Of a stretch of 64,000 nucleotides of DNA, positions 10,111-18,830 are shown one piece after another (positions within the stretch are counted from its first letter, which is position 1; each line of letters begins with the position of its first letter). The position numbers were made by a program, and so were the translations under genes. The notes under the pieces are model-generated. The model searched no databases. It was given only the letters and a program-made list of their open reading frames with translations, and was not told the DNA's origin. Source of the DNA: Candidatus Melainabacteria bacterium 17Bon1m (GTDB lineage Bacteria; Cyanobacteriota; Vampirovibrionia; Obscuribacterales; Obscuribacteraceae); contig JAVLKG010000008.1 of NCBI GenBank assembly GCA_032128875.1, positions 128,001 to 192,000 on the forward strand. Reading direction: 5' to 3'.

Positions 10111-11136
10111 TTAGTGGAGCTGACTAACCGGCTCGCGACGACGTGTCAACCGTTCTTCAGCCTTTGTGCGCAGTTCCGCTACCGTGTTACTCAAAATCTT
10201 GTCGCCTCGACTGGCTTTGTTGCAACATGCCAAACACTCCTCGTACTTGCCCTGCGCAAAATAAGACTGCGCTTTCAGGTAATTCGCTCGATTATTGTTG
10301 GGCTGAAATTTCAGCAGTTTGTCGAGCGCTTCGATTGCCTCATCATGCAGGTCCATTTGCTGAAAAGCCTGCGCTTGCAAGTCGTATGCCTCGCCGCGAT
10401 CGAAATGTTCCACTGCAAAATCCTGGTCCGAAAACTTCATCAACTTTCTGATTTCTTCAAGCGCCAGACCGGGTTTTTTATGCGCCAGATGCTCGCCTGC
10501 GTTTTGCAAAAGCCCTGACACCGGGTGGTCGTGCCGCGTCAGCACTGCAGGTGACACTGAACCTTTACCGATCACTTCTTGCAATTTGTTGCTCTTGGAC
10601 ATGCGCAACTCGCGCTTGTAATTGCGAATGTCACCTTCCTGCCTGTAGATATTTGCCAGATTCCAGTGCGCAAGCTTGTTGCCCGGCTCCATCTCAACCA
10701 CGCGCATGTAGTCGCGAAAGGCGTGCTTGCTGTCTTTGAGCTCTAGATAACACTTGCCGCGCATCTCATAAGGTTTTGCGAGCGTGGGCTCCAGCTTAAT
10801 TTGCCTTGTGCAATCAAGAATCGCCTTTTGATAGTCCTTGAGCTGCATGTAGGTTTTGGCGCGATAGTAATAGAGCGCGACCACATCGGGTCTGTCGCGC
10901 AGGCAGATGTTCAGCAACTTGAGGCAATTGTCGAACTTGCCCAGCGCCTCCAGCTTTTGATATTCAGCGATACAACGTTCCGGCGCCATCGAGCCAAGCG
11001 TCTTGGGAATATGAGGCCACAGGCGCGAGTTGTCGTGCGGCTGGTTTGCTTGCGCGGGGAGGAAAACGCAAAGAGCCGACGCAAGAGCGAGGGCGGATGG
11101 TGTTTTTCTCGAAACGCTGTAAGTGAAAGTGGACAT
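10111..11136 (-). CDS. Secreted TPR protein
   Basis: Signal-peptide-like N-terminus (AQA); repeats such as YYYRAKTYMQLKDYQKAILDC. Confidence 0.88.
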   Translation of the reverse strand: MSTFTYSVSRKTPSALALASALCVFLPAQANQPHDNSRLWPHIPKTLGSMAPERCIAEYQKLEALGKFDNCLKLLNICLRDRPDVVALYYYRAKTYMQLKDYQKAILDCTRQIKLEPTLAKPYEMRGKCYLELKDSKHAFRDYMRVVEMEPGNKLAHWNLANIYRQEGDIRNYKRELRMSKSNKLQEVIGKGSVSPAVLTRHDHPVSGLLQNAGEHLAHKKPGLALEEIRKLMKFSDQDFAVEHFDRGEAYDLQAQAFQQMDLHDEAIEALDKLLKFQPNNNRANYLKAQSYFAQGKYEECLACCNKASRGDKILSNTVAELRTKAEERLTRRREPVSQLH

Positions 11137-11280
11137 GACTTTGGTAGATGGGGCAGCTCTATTTTTGTGCCACTTAGATCTCTAAAGCACTCGTAGCAAG
11201 AGGAAATTCGCCAGCTTCTACTATTTCTTTTAATAACAAAAGCACCAAAACGAAAGGCTAGAGAAGCCTCTCAAATCGAA

Positions 11281-11300
11281 GAAACGGGCGTACCCGTTTC
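11281..11300 (-). repeat. UNCG-capped hairpin, copy 1 (possible terminator or processing site)
   Basis: Minus strand GAAACGGG-TACG-CCCGTTTC followed by TTCGATTT. Confidence 0.7.
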
Positions 11301-11332
11301 CTCCACTTTGGGAAAACCTAGAGCTGATGCGC

Positions 11333-12169
11333 TCAGATGCTGACTGCCCACTCGGCAATCTGCGTCAGAGTCGATTCGCCGCCGGTCTTCGGAGTCGACG
11401 CGCCCCAGGCGATGGCGTGTGCGACCACCTTCGGGAAAACATCGACGATGTCGGACGAACGCGCGTAATTGCGACCGGAGATGACAGCATTCGCGATGCT
11501 GGCATTGAGCACGTTGTGGGCGACACGAGGGCTGGCACCGAGTCCGAAGGTGGGCATGATGCCGATGCTGACTCGCTCCATGAACTCGACCGTGTCGGGA
11601 CGAGTGCCGCGAATAGCCTTGTTGATGCGGTTCGTGAAGGCCTCGTCGATGCTGTCGAGAATCTCGGCGTGCGCGGCGCGCATGTAGGCGATGTTGTCGG
11701 GGTTGAGCCCGTCAGCATCGATTACCGTGTCGAGCAACGCTTTGGCTGCCGACGGAGAATGCGAGCGCAGATCGAGCGAAACGACCAGACGACAGCGTAC
11801 GCTCTCGGGCAATTCCGTGCCCGCAAGCAGCATGACCACGTGAGCGCTCATCTTCGAATCGTCGACCGCGATGGCATTGACGATGTGGCAGAGCGGGTCG
11901 ACCGAGGTGATGACGTTGATGGCCTTGCCGTCGTAGGCGCGGCACAACGTGCGATTCGGAAGCGACCGTTCGACAAACGACGAAGCCTCGACAGCCTGCC
12001 AGCGCAGATCGTCGTCGAGGAATTTCACCCAGCCGGGACCGGGGCAAGCAGGAACATCGCGCTCTTCGCCAGTGACCACCAGTAACGGCTGGTTGGTGAC
12101 CAAGGAAAGAAGGAGGGCATGGCGCACGGATGCAGTCTTCATGACGTCTTCAGCGACAGACGTGAACAT
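11333..12169 (-). CDS. Degenerate MoxR-like AAA+ protein without Walker A/B
   Basis: MoxR lid motif GASPR...AVISGRNY...DIVDVFPKVVAHAI and LPESVRCR; no GKT. Confidence 0.75.
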   Translation of the reverse strand: MFTSVAEDVMKTASVRHALLLSLVTNQPLLVVTGEERDVPACPGPGWVKFLDDDLRWQAVEASSFVERSLPNRTLCRAYDGKAINVITSVDPLCHIVNAIAVDDSKMSAHVVMLLAGTELPESVRCRLVVSLDLRSHSPSAAKALLDTVIDADGLNPDNIAYMRAAHAEILDSIDEAFTNRINKAIRGTRPDTVEFMERVSIGIMPTFGLGASPRVAHNVLNASIANAVISGRNYARSSDIVDVFPKVVAHAIAWGASTPKTGGESTLTQIAEWAVSI

Positions 12170-12257
12170 TCACAGTCCTCCCGGGACATGTTGCGGAGCA
12201 GGGAAAAGCTCCTGGGAATCAAAGTCTATGAAGGTAGTCGTGCAGTCTGGTCGAACT

Positions 12258-12281
12258 GGGAAACGGGCGGACCCGTTTCCC
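12258..12281 (-). repeat. UNCG-capped hairpin, copy 2
   Basis: Minus strand GGGAAACGGG-TCCG-CCCGTTTCCC. Confidence 0.7.
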
Positions 12282-12313
12282 TTTCGCGAAAGCAGGTGTG
12301 AAGTACCGCCGAC

Positions 12314-13126
12314 TCAGTCGTTGAGCGACCACTCGGCGATCTGCGTCAGAGCCTGACGATAGCCTTTCGTCGGGGCTCCGTCCCAGTTGATGCGGTGGGC
12401 GATGACCGACTCGACGAGGCGGACGACGTCCTCCTTGCCGAACTCGGTTTCACCACGAACAGCAGCGGCCGCGCAGCTGACGTGGAAGAGGTCGTGGTAG
12501 CAGCGGTCCGAGGGACCGTTGCCGAACGACGTCGCGAAGCCAGCCTTGACGCGCTTGCCTTGCGGCTCGGTGCCTTCCTTGAGGGAATGCACGAGGTCAC
12601 CGATTTGCTGGCGGAAGCGATTGCCCAGGCGAGCGGCGGTGCCGGCGTATGCCTTCAGCTTGAAGATGGCTTCGTCGCTGAACTCCGGACCTTCGGTCAG
12701 GAAGTTGATCAGCTCCACCACCGCAGCCGGCGGCAGACTGGTGGACAGCGAGATGCAGGCGCGTTCGCGGAAGCCGTAGGGAAGCGGCGGAACTCTGTCC
12801 GAGCGAATGTCGAGCAACACGGACTGGCCGAAGGGGGCCTCGGGCTGTGCCGGCAGGTCGTCGTAGTTGGTGACGATGCCGATCTTCTTGCCGAGCAGTT
12901 CGCGGTCGAGGTAACGCGGCTGGGACGCCGAGGTGTCGTCGGCCCGGACCATCTGGTGCGCGAAGTTGCGATTCAGGATGATCTTATTCGGCTTGTCCAG
13001 CACATACGGGACGGAGCCTGCGCTGCCGGTCTCGATGTGGACGGACTTGTCGGTGATCATCGCGATCAGAAGCAGACCCTTGAGTGCACGGGCGCTGGTG
13101 ATGAACTGAGAAGTAGTGTTGTACAT
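12314..13126 (-). CDS. Degenerate MoxR-like AAA+ protein, paralog of 11333-12169 (alternative start 13141)
   Basis: GPSDR...AAVRGE...EDVVRLVESVIAHRI; both paralogs end in LTQIAEW; no GKT. Confidence 0.75.
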   Translation of the reverse strand: MYNTTSQFITSARALKGLLLIAMITDKSVHIETGSAGSVPYVLDKPNKIILNRNFAHQMVRADDTSASQPRYLDRELLGKKIGIVTNYDDLPAQPEAPFGQSVLLDIRSDRVPPLPYGFRERACISLSTSLPPAAVVELINFLTEGPEFSDEAIFKLKAYAGTAARLGNRFRQQIGDLVHSLKEGTEPQGKRVKAGFATSFGNGPSDRCYHDLFHVSCAAAAVRGETEFGKEDVVRLVESVIAHRINWDGAPTKGYRQALTQIAEWSLND

Positions 13127-13184
13127 ACTTGCAGTCTCCATGGACTTTGTTGAACAGGATGGTTTCTTTGAGGGATATGCAAGC

Positions 13185-13210
13185 GGGGAGACGGGCGAAC
13201 CCGTAACCCC
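13185..13210 (-). repeat. UNCG-capped hairpin, copy 3
   Basis: Minus strand GGGGTTACGGG-TTCG-CCCGTCTCCCC. Confidence 0.65.
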
Positions 13211-13244
13211 TATTCGTTAGCGGGCGAGCAAAACCCGCTTCAGC

Positions 13245-13913
13245 TCAGGCGAAGCGCTTGGCGTCGTCGGCGTCCATGATGACGTGCACGGAGGGCGTGC
13301 CGCCGGTCGGACGGAAGAAGAGCTGCGCGACGTGGTTGCCGGCGGCGTCGAAGAGCTTGCTCACGAACACGTTGTCCGTGTTGCGGAACTCCCAGCCGGC
13401 GGGCAGGATGACGTCGTTGTACTGGTAGCGCTCGCCGACGAACCGGACGCCCAGCTCGACGAGACGCTCGCGACCGCCTTCGTTGATGCGACGCGCCAGA
13501 CCGAAGGTGCGCACGCCGTCGGAAACGACCGGAGCCGGTGCGCTGCGCTCGGCGGTGAAGGCGGGGACCACGTCGGCAGCAGCCATCGGGTCGTCCTCCG
13601 TGAGGAAGACGTGGATGGAGCCGCAGCCGCCGGCGGGCTTGTAGAAGATCTTGGCGATCATCTTGCCGTCGGCGTCGAAGAGGCGCTTCTGCCAGGGGCT
13701 GACGCCGGAGTCGCGGATTTCCCAGCCGGCCGGCACTTCGCACTCGGCGAACTGGAAGGCGCGGATCGCATAGGCCTTCTCGCCTTCGGCGGTGAGCTTG
13801 GCGCCCAGCGCGAAGAGCTTGTCCCAGCCGCCTTCGTTGGCGCGCACCGGGAAGGAGAGGATGGTGGCGCCAGCGGTGGCGGCGGCGGCAATGGCGATAG
13901 CAGTGTTGGTCAT
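13245..13913 (-). CDS. Hypothetical protein with an internally duplicated 'PAGWE...LFDAxG...F(Y/F)xP' domain
   Basis: Two copies: VPAGWEIRD...LFDADGKMIAKIFYKP and LPAGWEFRN...LFDAAGNHVAQLFFRP; extreme C/G-ending codon bias. Confidence 0.85.
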   Translation of the reverse strand: MTNTAIAIAAAATAGATILSFPVRANEGGWDKLFALGAKLTAEGEKAYAIRAFQFAECEVPAGWEIRDSGVSPWQKRLFDADGKMIAKIFYKPAGGCGSIHVFLTEDDPMAAADVVPAFTAERSAPAPVVSDGVRTFGLARRINEGGRERLVELGVRFVGERYQYNDVILPAGWEFRNTDNVFVSKLFDAAGNHVAQLFFRPTGGTPSVHVIMDADDAKRFA

Positions 13914-14064
13914 ATCAGAACCCTTCGAAGTTGAGTTGACTTGAATTGAAGACGACGAAGCGTCAGCGGCTCAGTGAGCAGCTTCCGCTTCCATTGCAGG
14001 CACGTTTCGGTGAACGCCCGTAGGCGGTCACCCATGGTCGGAAGCCGGGCAGCCGGAGAGCTGC

Positions 14065-14400
14065 TCAGTTATCTTTCAAAAAACCCTGCCGTTCCCATTC
14101 GAGAACCTCTTCACGAGGAAAACCGTGCTCCAAGTGGAGCAGGGCACGGTTGCTGGTCTCGATCGGAACGTCCAGTTTCACACAGCGGCGCCGGTGATGC
14201 TCGGAATACGCTTCCTCCACTGTCGTTTCCTTCGGCATGCCGTATTGGCGAGCGAGTAAACCGGCGTACACGATACGCATGTCCGCGCCCCACTCGCGCA
14301 ACTTCTCGCCAGTAGGACAAAGTGGCTTGAGCGCCCGCTCAAGCTCTGCTCCAGAAAGTTGCTTTTGCGGTCCGAGAATCCTGTCGATGATGTTCTGCAT
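14065..14400 (-). CDS. Hypothetical protein
   Basis: AAGGA upstream of the ATG at 14400; co-oriented within the islet. Confidence 0.65.
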   Translation of the reverse strand: MQNIIDRILGPQKQLSGAELERALKPLCPTGEKLREWGADMRIVYAGLLARQYGMPKETTVEEAYSEHHRRRCVKLDVPIETSNRALLHLEHGFPREEVLEWERQGFLKDN

Positions 14401-14471
14401 TGCGCAGTTCCTTCTGCTTGAGAATTTCAAAACGGCAACTATTTGCCGTTCTGCCTCATTTGTGCAGTCGG

Positions 14472-15035
14472 TCAGTCGGAGCTGTCGGCGCCCCACTTGG
14501 CGAAGTCGATGCGATGCCAGAGCCCGGTGCGCTCCAGCAAGGCGACGACCTCATCGTAGCTGCGAATCTTGTCGGATTCGTTGTTGATGCAGGCACGCGC
14601 ACCCGAGTAGTCGCCGCGCCGCAGGCTGTGGACGACCGTGCGGACGCAGCTGATGCCGCGCCCTTCGTTCGCCTTCGACTGTAACTCGTCGAGTTTGTCG
14701 GCGAGCGCCTTCGCCTCGTCGATGTAGACGAGACGCGGGATGCGCACCTCCTCGCCCTCGGGATAGTGATACTCGAGCACGACACCGGCGAGTTCCAACG
14801 AGACACGCTCGTCGCAAAACTCGGACTCGTCATGCGGAGCGATTTCCAGAAGGCTCGCCTGAGCGCACTGGCGATAGCCTTCCGGCTTGGCGCGCAGATA
14901 CTGCATCACCACCGCGCCGACGATGCGCTCGCTGGCGTTGACGATGATAACGGCAGTACCATTGCCACCTTCGCCGCGGCAACGCACGGCGAAAGTCTTG
15001 CGAGCGTTTTTATCGGGACGATCCGATTTCGACAT
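14472..15035 (-). CDS. Hypothetical protein
   Basis: AAGGAG upstream; biased codons. Confidence 0.75.
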   Translation of the reverse strand: MSKSDRPDKNARKTFAVRCRGEGGNGTAVIIVNASERIVGAVVMQYLRAKPEGYRQCAQASLLEIAPHDESEFCDERVSLELAGVVLEYHYPEGEEVRIPRLVYIDEAKALADKLDELQSKANEGRGISCVRTVVHSLRRGDYSGARACINNESDKIRSYDEVVALLERTGLWHRIDFAKWGADSSD

Positions 15036-15116
15036 CTCATTCTCCTTGGAGAGACGCACAAGGGGGCGAGGTGCCCCCTTGCACAGGTTGTGGCGGAAAC
15101 GCGTCCGGCAGCCGAA

Positions 15117-16217
15117 CTAGGCCGCCTTGCGGAGCCGATGGATGAGGTCCTCGTAGGCGCGGACCTTCTCCTTCAGGTCGGCAGCCTGCGCCGCCAGAGC
15201 CAGCTCGTTGGTCTCGAGCTCGCCCATGATCGCCACCGCGCGATCGACCTCCTCGACCGAGTAGGCGAAGTGGCGGGCCATCTCGGCGTCGCTCTTCGCG
15301 TTCTTGGCCGCCTCGAACTCGGCATTCACCGCGGTGCGGCGCGTGTCGAGATCGTCCTTGATGACGGCGAGATGCGAGTTCGCCTCGGCGTCCTCGGCCT
15401 TGCCGTCCTTCGCGTAGCGCTGCTTGAGACGCCCATAGGAGAGCGTGTCGAGCTGGAGCTGCTGCTTGGCCGCGGTGGCGGCGTCGAAGCGCTTCTTCGC
15501 CGCAACGAACTCGACCGCCGCCTCGCGATCGCGCTCGCTCACGCCCTTCAGGTCCGCCGCGAGCTTGTTGTTGCTCTCCTTGAACCCGTCGATGGCCACG
15601 AGCACCGCACGCATCTGGTAGGCGAGCGCGACGGCATTGCTGTCGGCGAGACCGGCGCGCTGGGCGAACGCGAACTGCACGTTGCCGAGGTCGACCTTGG
15701 CGATGGGCGTGAGCCAGGCGGTGGCCTGCTCGTACGCATCGCCGCCGGGCGCGAAGATGTAGCCCTGCTCGAACATCTTCTCGGCGACGGGGTCCGCGGG
15801 CGGGGTCTCGGTCGAGGGACCGAAGGACCACACGCGCGGCGCCTCGTTGTGCGAACGGTCGTCGCGCTTCGAGCGGTCACCGTTGTGGCGATCGCCCTTG
15901 TTGCGGTCGTTGCCCTTGCGCTTCCCGTTGTTGCCCTTGCCGTGCTGGTCCTTGCGGTCCTGCGAGGTGTTGGGCTTGCCGGCGGCGACGGGGCTCTGGT
16001 AGTCGGCGGGCTGCTCGACCTTCTCGATGCACGTCAGGAAGAACACCGTCTTGGTCGGGTTCTCGCCGCGGATGAAGACGCGCCAGAACTCGCCGGCGTT
16101 GGGCTGCGAGCTGCGCTTGTCGGGGAACGCGATGCGACCCTGAACGCGAGCCTCGGACTTCACACCGCGGTCGGCGGCAACGAAACGCACAACGAAGGAG
16201 TTATTCGGCTGAGTCAT
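15117..16217 (-). CDS. Hypothetical protein: small beta-rich N-domain, charged linker, long coiled coil
   Basis: GGAGG 5 nt before the ATG at 16217; Ala/Glu/Lys heptad-rich C-terminal half. Confidence 0.85.
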   Translation of the reverse strand: MTQPNNSFVVRFVAADRGVKSEARVQGRIAFPDKRSSQPNAGEFWRVFIRGENPTKTVFFLTCIEKVEQPADYQSPVAAGKPNTSQDRKDQHGKGNNGKRKGNDRNKGDRHNGDRSKRDDRSHNEAPRVWSFGPSTETPPADPVAEKMFEQGYIFAPGGDAYEQATAWLTPIAKVDLGNVQFAFAQRAGLADSNAVALAYQMRAVLVAIDGFKESNNKLAADLKGVSERDREAAVEFVAAKKRFDAATAAKQQLQLDTLSYGRLKQRYAKDGKAEDAEANSHLAVIKDDLDTRRTAVNAEFEAAKNAKSDAEMARHFAYSVEEVDRAVAIMGELETNELALAAQAADLKEKVRAYEDLIHRLRKAA

Positions 16218-16823
16218 AGTAGCCTCCATATCGGTTCATCAGAACCAGGGGTTCAATAGCAGCGCTTCGCGAACGCGAAACACTCGACGCCCAACTTGTT
16301 TCCAAAGCCAAAAACAATCAGTTTCCCAGCACTTGTGTCACTCCGCTGCAGCAACTGCTGCAAGGAAAGTGGCACGAATAAGCGCTGAGGAAGTGATTTA
16401 GACTTGCGTCTTTTAATTTCTGGCGAAAGGAAATAGATGAGTACTTTTAGAAGAACATGAGAGCCGTATAAGATCCTATGAAGTTGGACGTTACAAACAT
16501 TCTTAACGCCGCGTAATAATATTCGACAGGTAAGGCTACCTTGCCTTTCAGGACGCGCGGGTGGCACTTTTGGTGCATCTCAAAACTTTTCTTCGACCTC
16601 AGAGAGTTGCTACAGAGGCCATTTCTTCAAAGACTCTTGAGTTGAACACTGTTCGCGCAACTTGAAGTGGATCTCATTTTTCGATCAAAGTGGTCCAGCA
16701 CTAGATCTAATTCGCGAAACTAGCGTCCACGATTTTGTTATCCACTCTCATACAATGCAATTGAAGTTCATTTGAAACGCGTTCGAACGGCACTGCGGTT
16801 TTCACTAATGATGCGGTTTTTGC

Positions 16824-17132
16824 TCACGAATTGTTCACGGTCGATTCACGCCTTGCAACATACTTTTGCGAACGGTCAGGGAGATTCTCTCGAGATTTTT
16901 CTTCCTGCATAACCTTTTCTCTCATTCGCGTTTCTTCCTTCCAGACCCTATCTCCATAAACCGCAACGGTCGAAATTGACCGCAACTTTTTCTTGCACTC
17001 GTTTGTCGCCAACCGAAATAGCGCGCGGCTGCATTGAGATGCAACATCAGCCGAATGCCGGTGGACACTGAACCACTCTTTCATGACTGCGGCTGTGTCG
17101 CAGTCGTCTTCAACAATCAAAATTTTCGCCAT
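16824..17132 (-). pseudogene. Internally deleted OmpR-type response regulator remnant
   Basis: MAKILIVEDD receiver start runs directly into KKKLRSISTVAVYGDRV, like the winged-helix end; the phospho-Asp strand is missing. Confidence 0.55.
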
Positions 17133-17290
17133 GCTCAGATCCTGTGCGCCTCGCGTGGCAACGTCGCGACAGCTGCTACATGGTTTAGTACAGGCATTCA
17201 AAACAGAAAGACGGGAAAAGTCCACGAAGCTCTCGCCTCGTAGACTAATCTCCCGCCTTCTGCCGCCAGCTGCGAACAGAAGCTTAAGGC

Positions 17291-17893
17291 TTACGCCTTT
17301 TCCAGCGCTTCGCGCACCAGGTCTTGCATCATGTCGCCGAGGCGAGCCCAGACCTGTTCTTTCTGCTCATCGGTGAGGCCGTCCCACCACATCGCTTCGC
17401 CGGCAAGGAATGCGGCCGACGGTGGCTCGCCGTTTTTCACAGCGGTGACCACACGCGCCAGTCCGGCGGTGGTGTTGTCGTGAACGTACTGGCGCTGATT
17501 TTCGCTGAGCCCCGCCCACCAGGCTTTGTCTTCATCGAAGACGAAACCTTCAGGAAGTGGCTCTCCGCGCAGAACAGCGTCGACGACTTCACGGATGCGA
17601 GCGCCGCCGACCAGACCGGAGAAGCGGAAGGTTCGCCCGTCTTCGAGTGCCACGTAACCGGTCCACTGCTTGGACACGGGCGTGAGCTCGAGACCGTGGC
17701 CGCAACACGCATTGAGCGTGCCGGGCAGATTGGCAATGCACGGGTCTTGCTGACCCGATGAACATTTGACATTGCAGCCCGCGCACGCGCGCAAGTTGGC
17801 TGCATCGACAAGCACGCCGTCGGCTTGATAGACGACGCCGTGATCAGTTTCTTCGATGACGTGACCGAAGAGAGTATCGACCTTGAACAGCAT
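17291..17893 (-). CDS. Cys-rich hypothetical protein, possibly metal-binding
   Basis: CAGC-x3-C...DPCIANLPGTLNACCGHG; duplicated WWxGL(S/T) motif at the C-terminus. Confidence 0.8.
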   Translation of the reverse strand: MLFKVDTLFGHVIEETDHGVVYQADGVLVDAANLRACAGCNVKCSSGQQDPCIANLPGTLNACCGHGLELTPVSKQWTGYVALEDGRTFRFSGLVGGARIREVVDAVLRGEPLPEGFVFDEDKAWWAGLSENQRQYVHDNTTAGLARVVTAVKNGEPPSAAFLAGEAMWWDGLTDEQKEQVWARLGDMMQDLVREALEKA

Positions 17894-17994
17894 AGTCGGT
17901 TTCCCTGTACTTGTTTTGCGAAAGGAAACGGCAAAAGAGCCGGGGTCACCAAATGACTGGTAACGCCCGGCTCTCCGCCTACGATTGCTCCGGA

Positions 17995-18702
17995 CTACTC
18001 CGGCACGTGAACGTCGAGGTCAACGATCACGCGCTCGCCAAGTTCGGCGAGCACTTTGTTCTCCAACACATATTCGCGCACTCCGCGCTGACCATCATGA
18101 CGATGGGTGTAACCATCGCCTGAGAACAGCTCGGTGAGCCGAACGGTGTGATAGAGGAAACGCCTGACGGCAAGAGCGTCGCCCTTGCTTTCCAACAGTC
18201 GCGCCACGGTCATGAAGAGCGGGTCTTTCTGACCGGCGGCATGCACCTCAGCGAAGCTAAAACCGGCTCGCTTCTGCCATTCGGCAAAAGAAGTTTTCTT
18301 CAGCTCGCGGGCAGCGGCATCGACCAGATGTTTTACTTCCGGATAATGCTCGCCGACCGAGGCCAGGACACCATTCCAGGTGGCTGACCGCATGCCCTTC
18401 TGGCGGCGGAATACGACGAGGCTGAACTTGGTTCCGGCAACGACCTCACGCTCGATGTACTCGGCCGTGTGACCAAGTTCGAGCAGCATGTCGAAGCCGT
18501 TTTTGCCAAGCAAGCGCTCGATTCCGCTCGGCCCCATGACCATGGTGACGCGTCTGTCGCGCTCCTCGGCAAGTACCACTGGAGTCTTGCTGCGCGAGCG
18601 GACAAGCCGCGCATACAAGTTTCTCAGCTTGGCCTTCTTGCCGTCGGAACGCTGGCGTTTATCTCCTCCAAGAACCAGTCGTTCGATGGACTTTTGTCTC
18701 AT
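17995..18702 (-). CDS. Hypothetical protein with LFSGDGYT...GVREY motif
   Basis: AGGAG upstream of the ATG at 18702; third gene of the RNA ligase islet. Confidence 0.8.
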   Translation of the reverse strand: MRQKSIERLVLGGDKRQRSDGKKAKLRNLYARLVRSRSKTPVVLAEERDRRVTMVMGPSGIERLLGKNGFDMLLELGHTAEYIEREVVAGTKFSLVVFRRQKGMRSATWNGVLASVGEHYPEVKHLVDAAARELKKTSFAEWQKRAGFSFAEVHAAGQKDPLFMTVARLLESKGDALAVRRFLYHTVRLTELFSGDGYTHRHDGQRGVREYVLENKVLAELGERVIVDLDVHVPE

Positions 18703-18830
18703 TTTGGTTCTCCTGACTCGGACGATCGAAAAGGAGGAAACGCGCAGCAGAAGCCGGACGCCGCCGAGCAACCCGACCTTGCGGTCAAGCTGTTCGAGCA
18801 ACCCCCGGCGCTGCGCAGAAATAGTGACGA

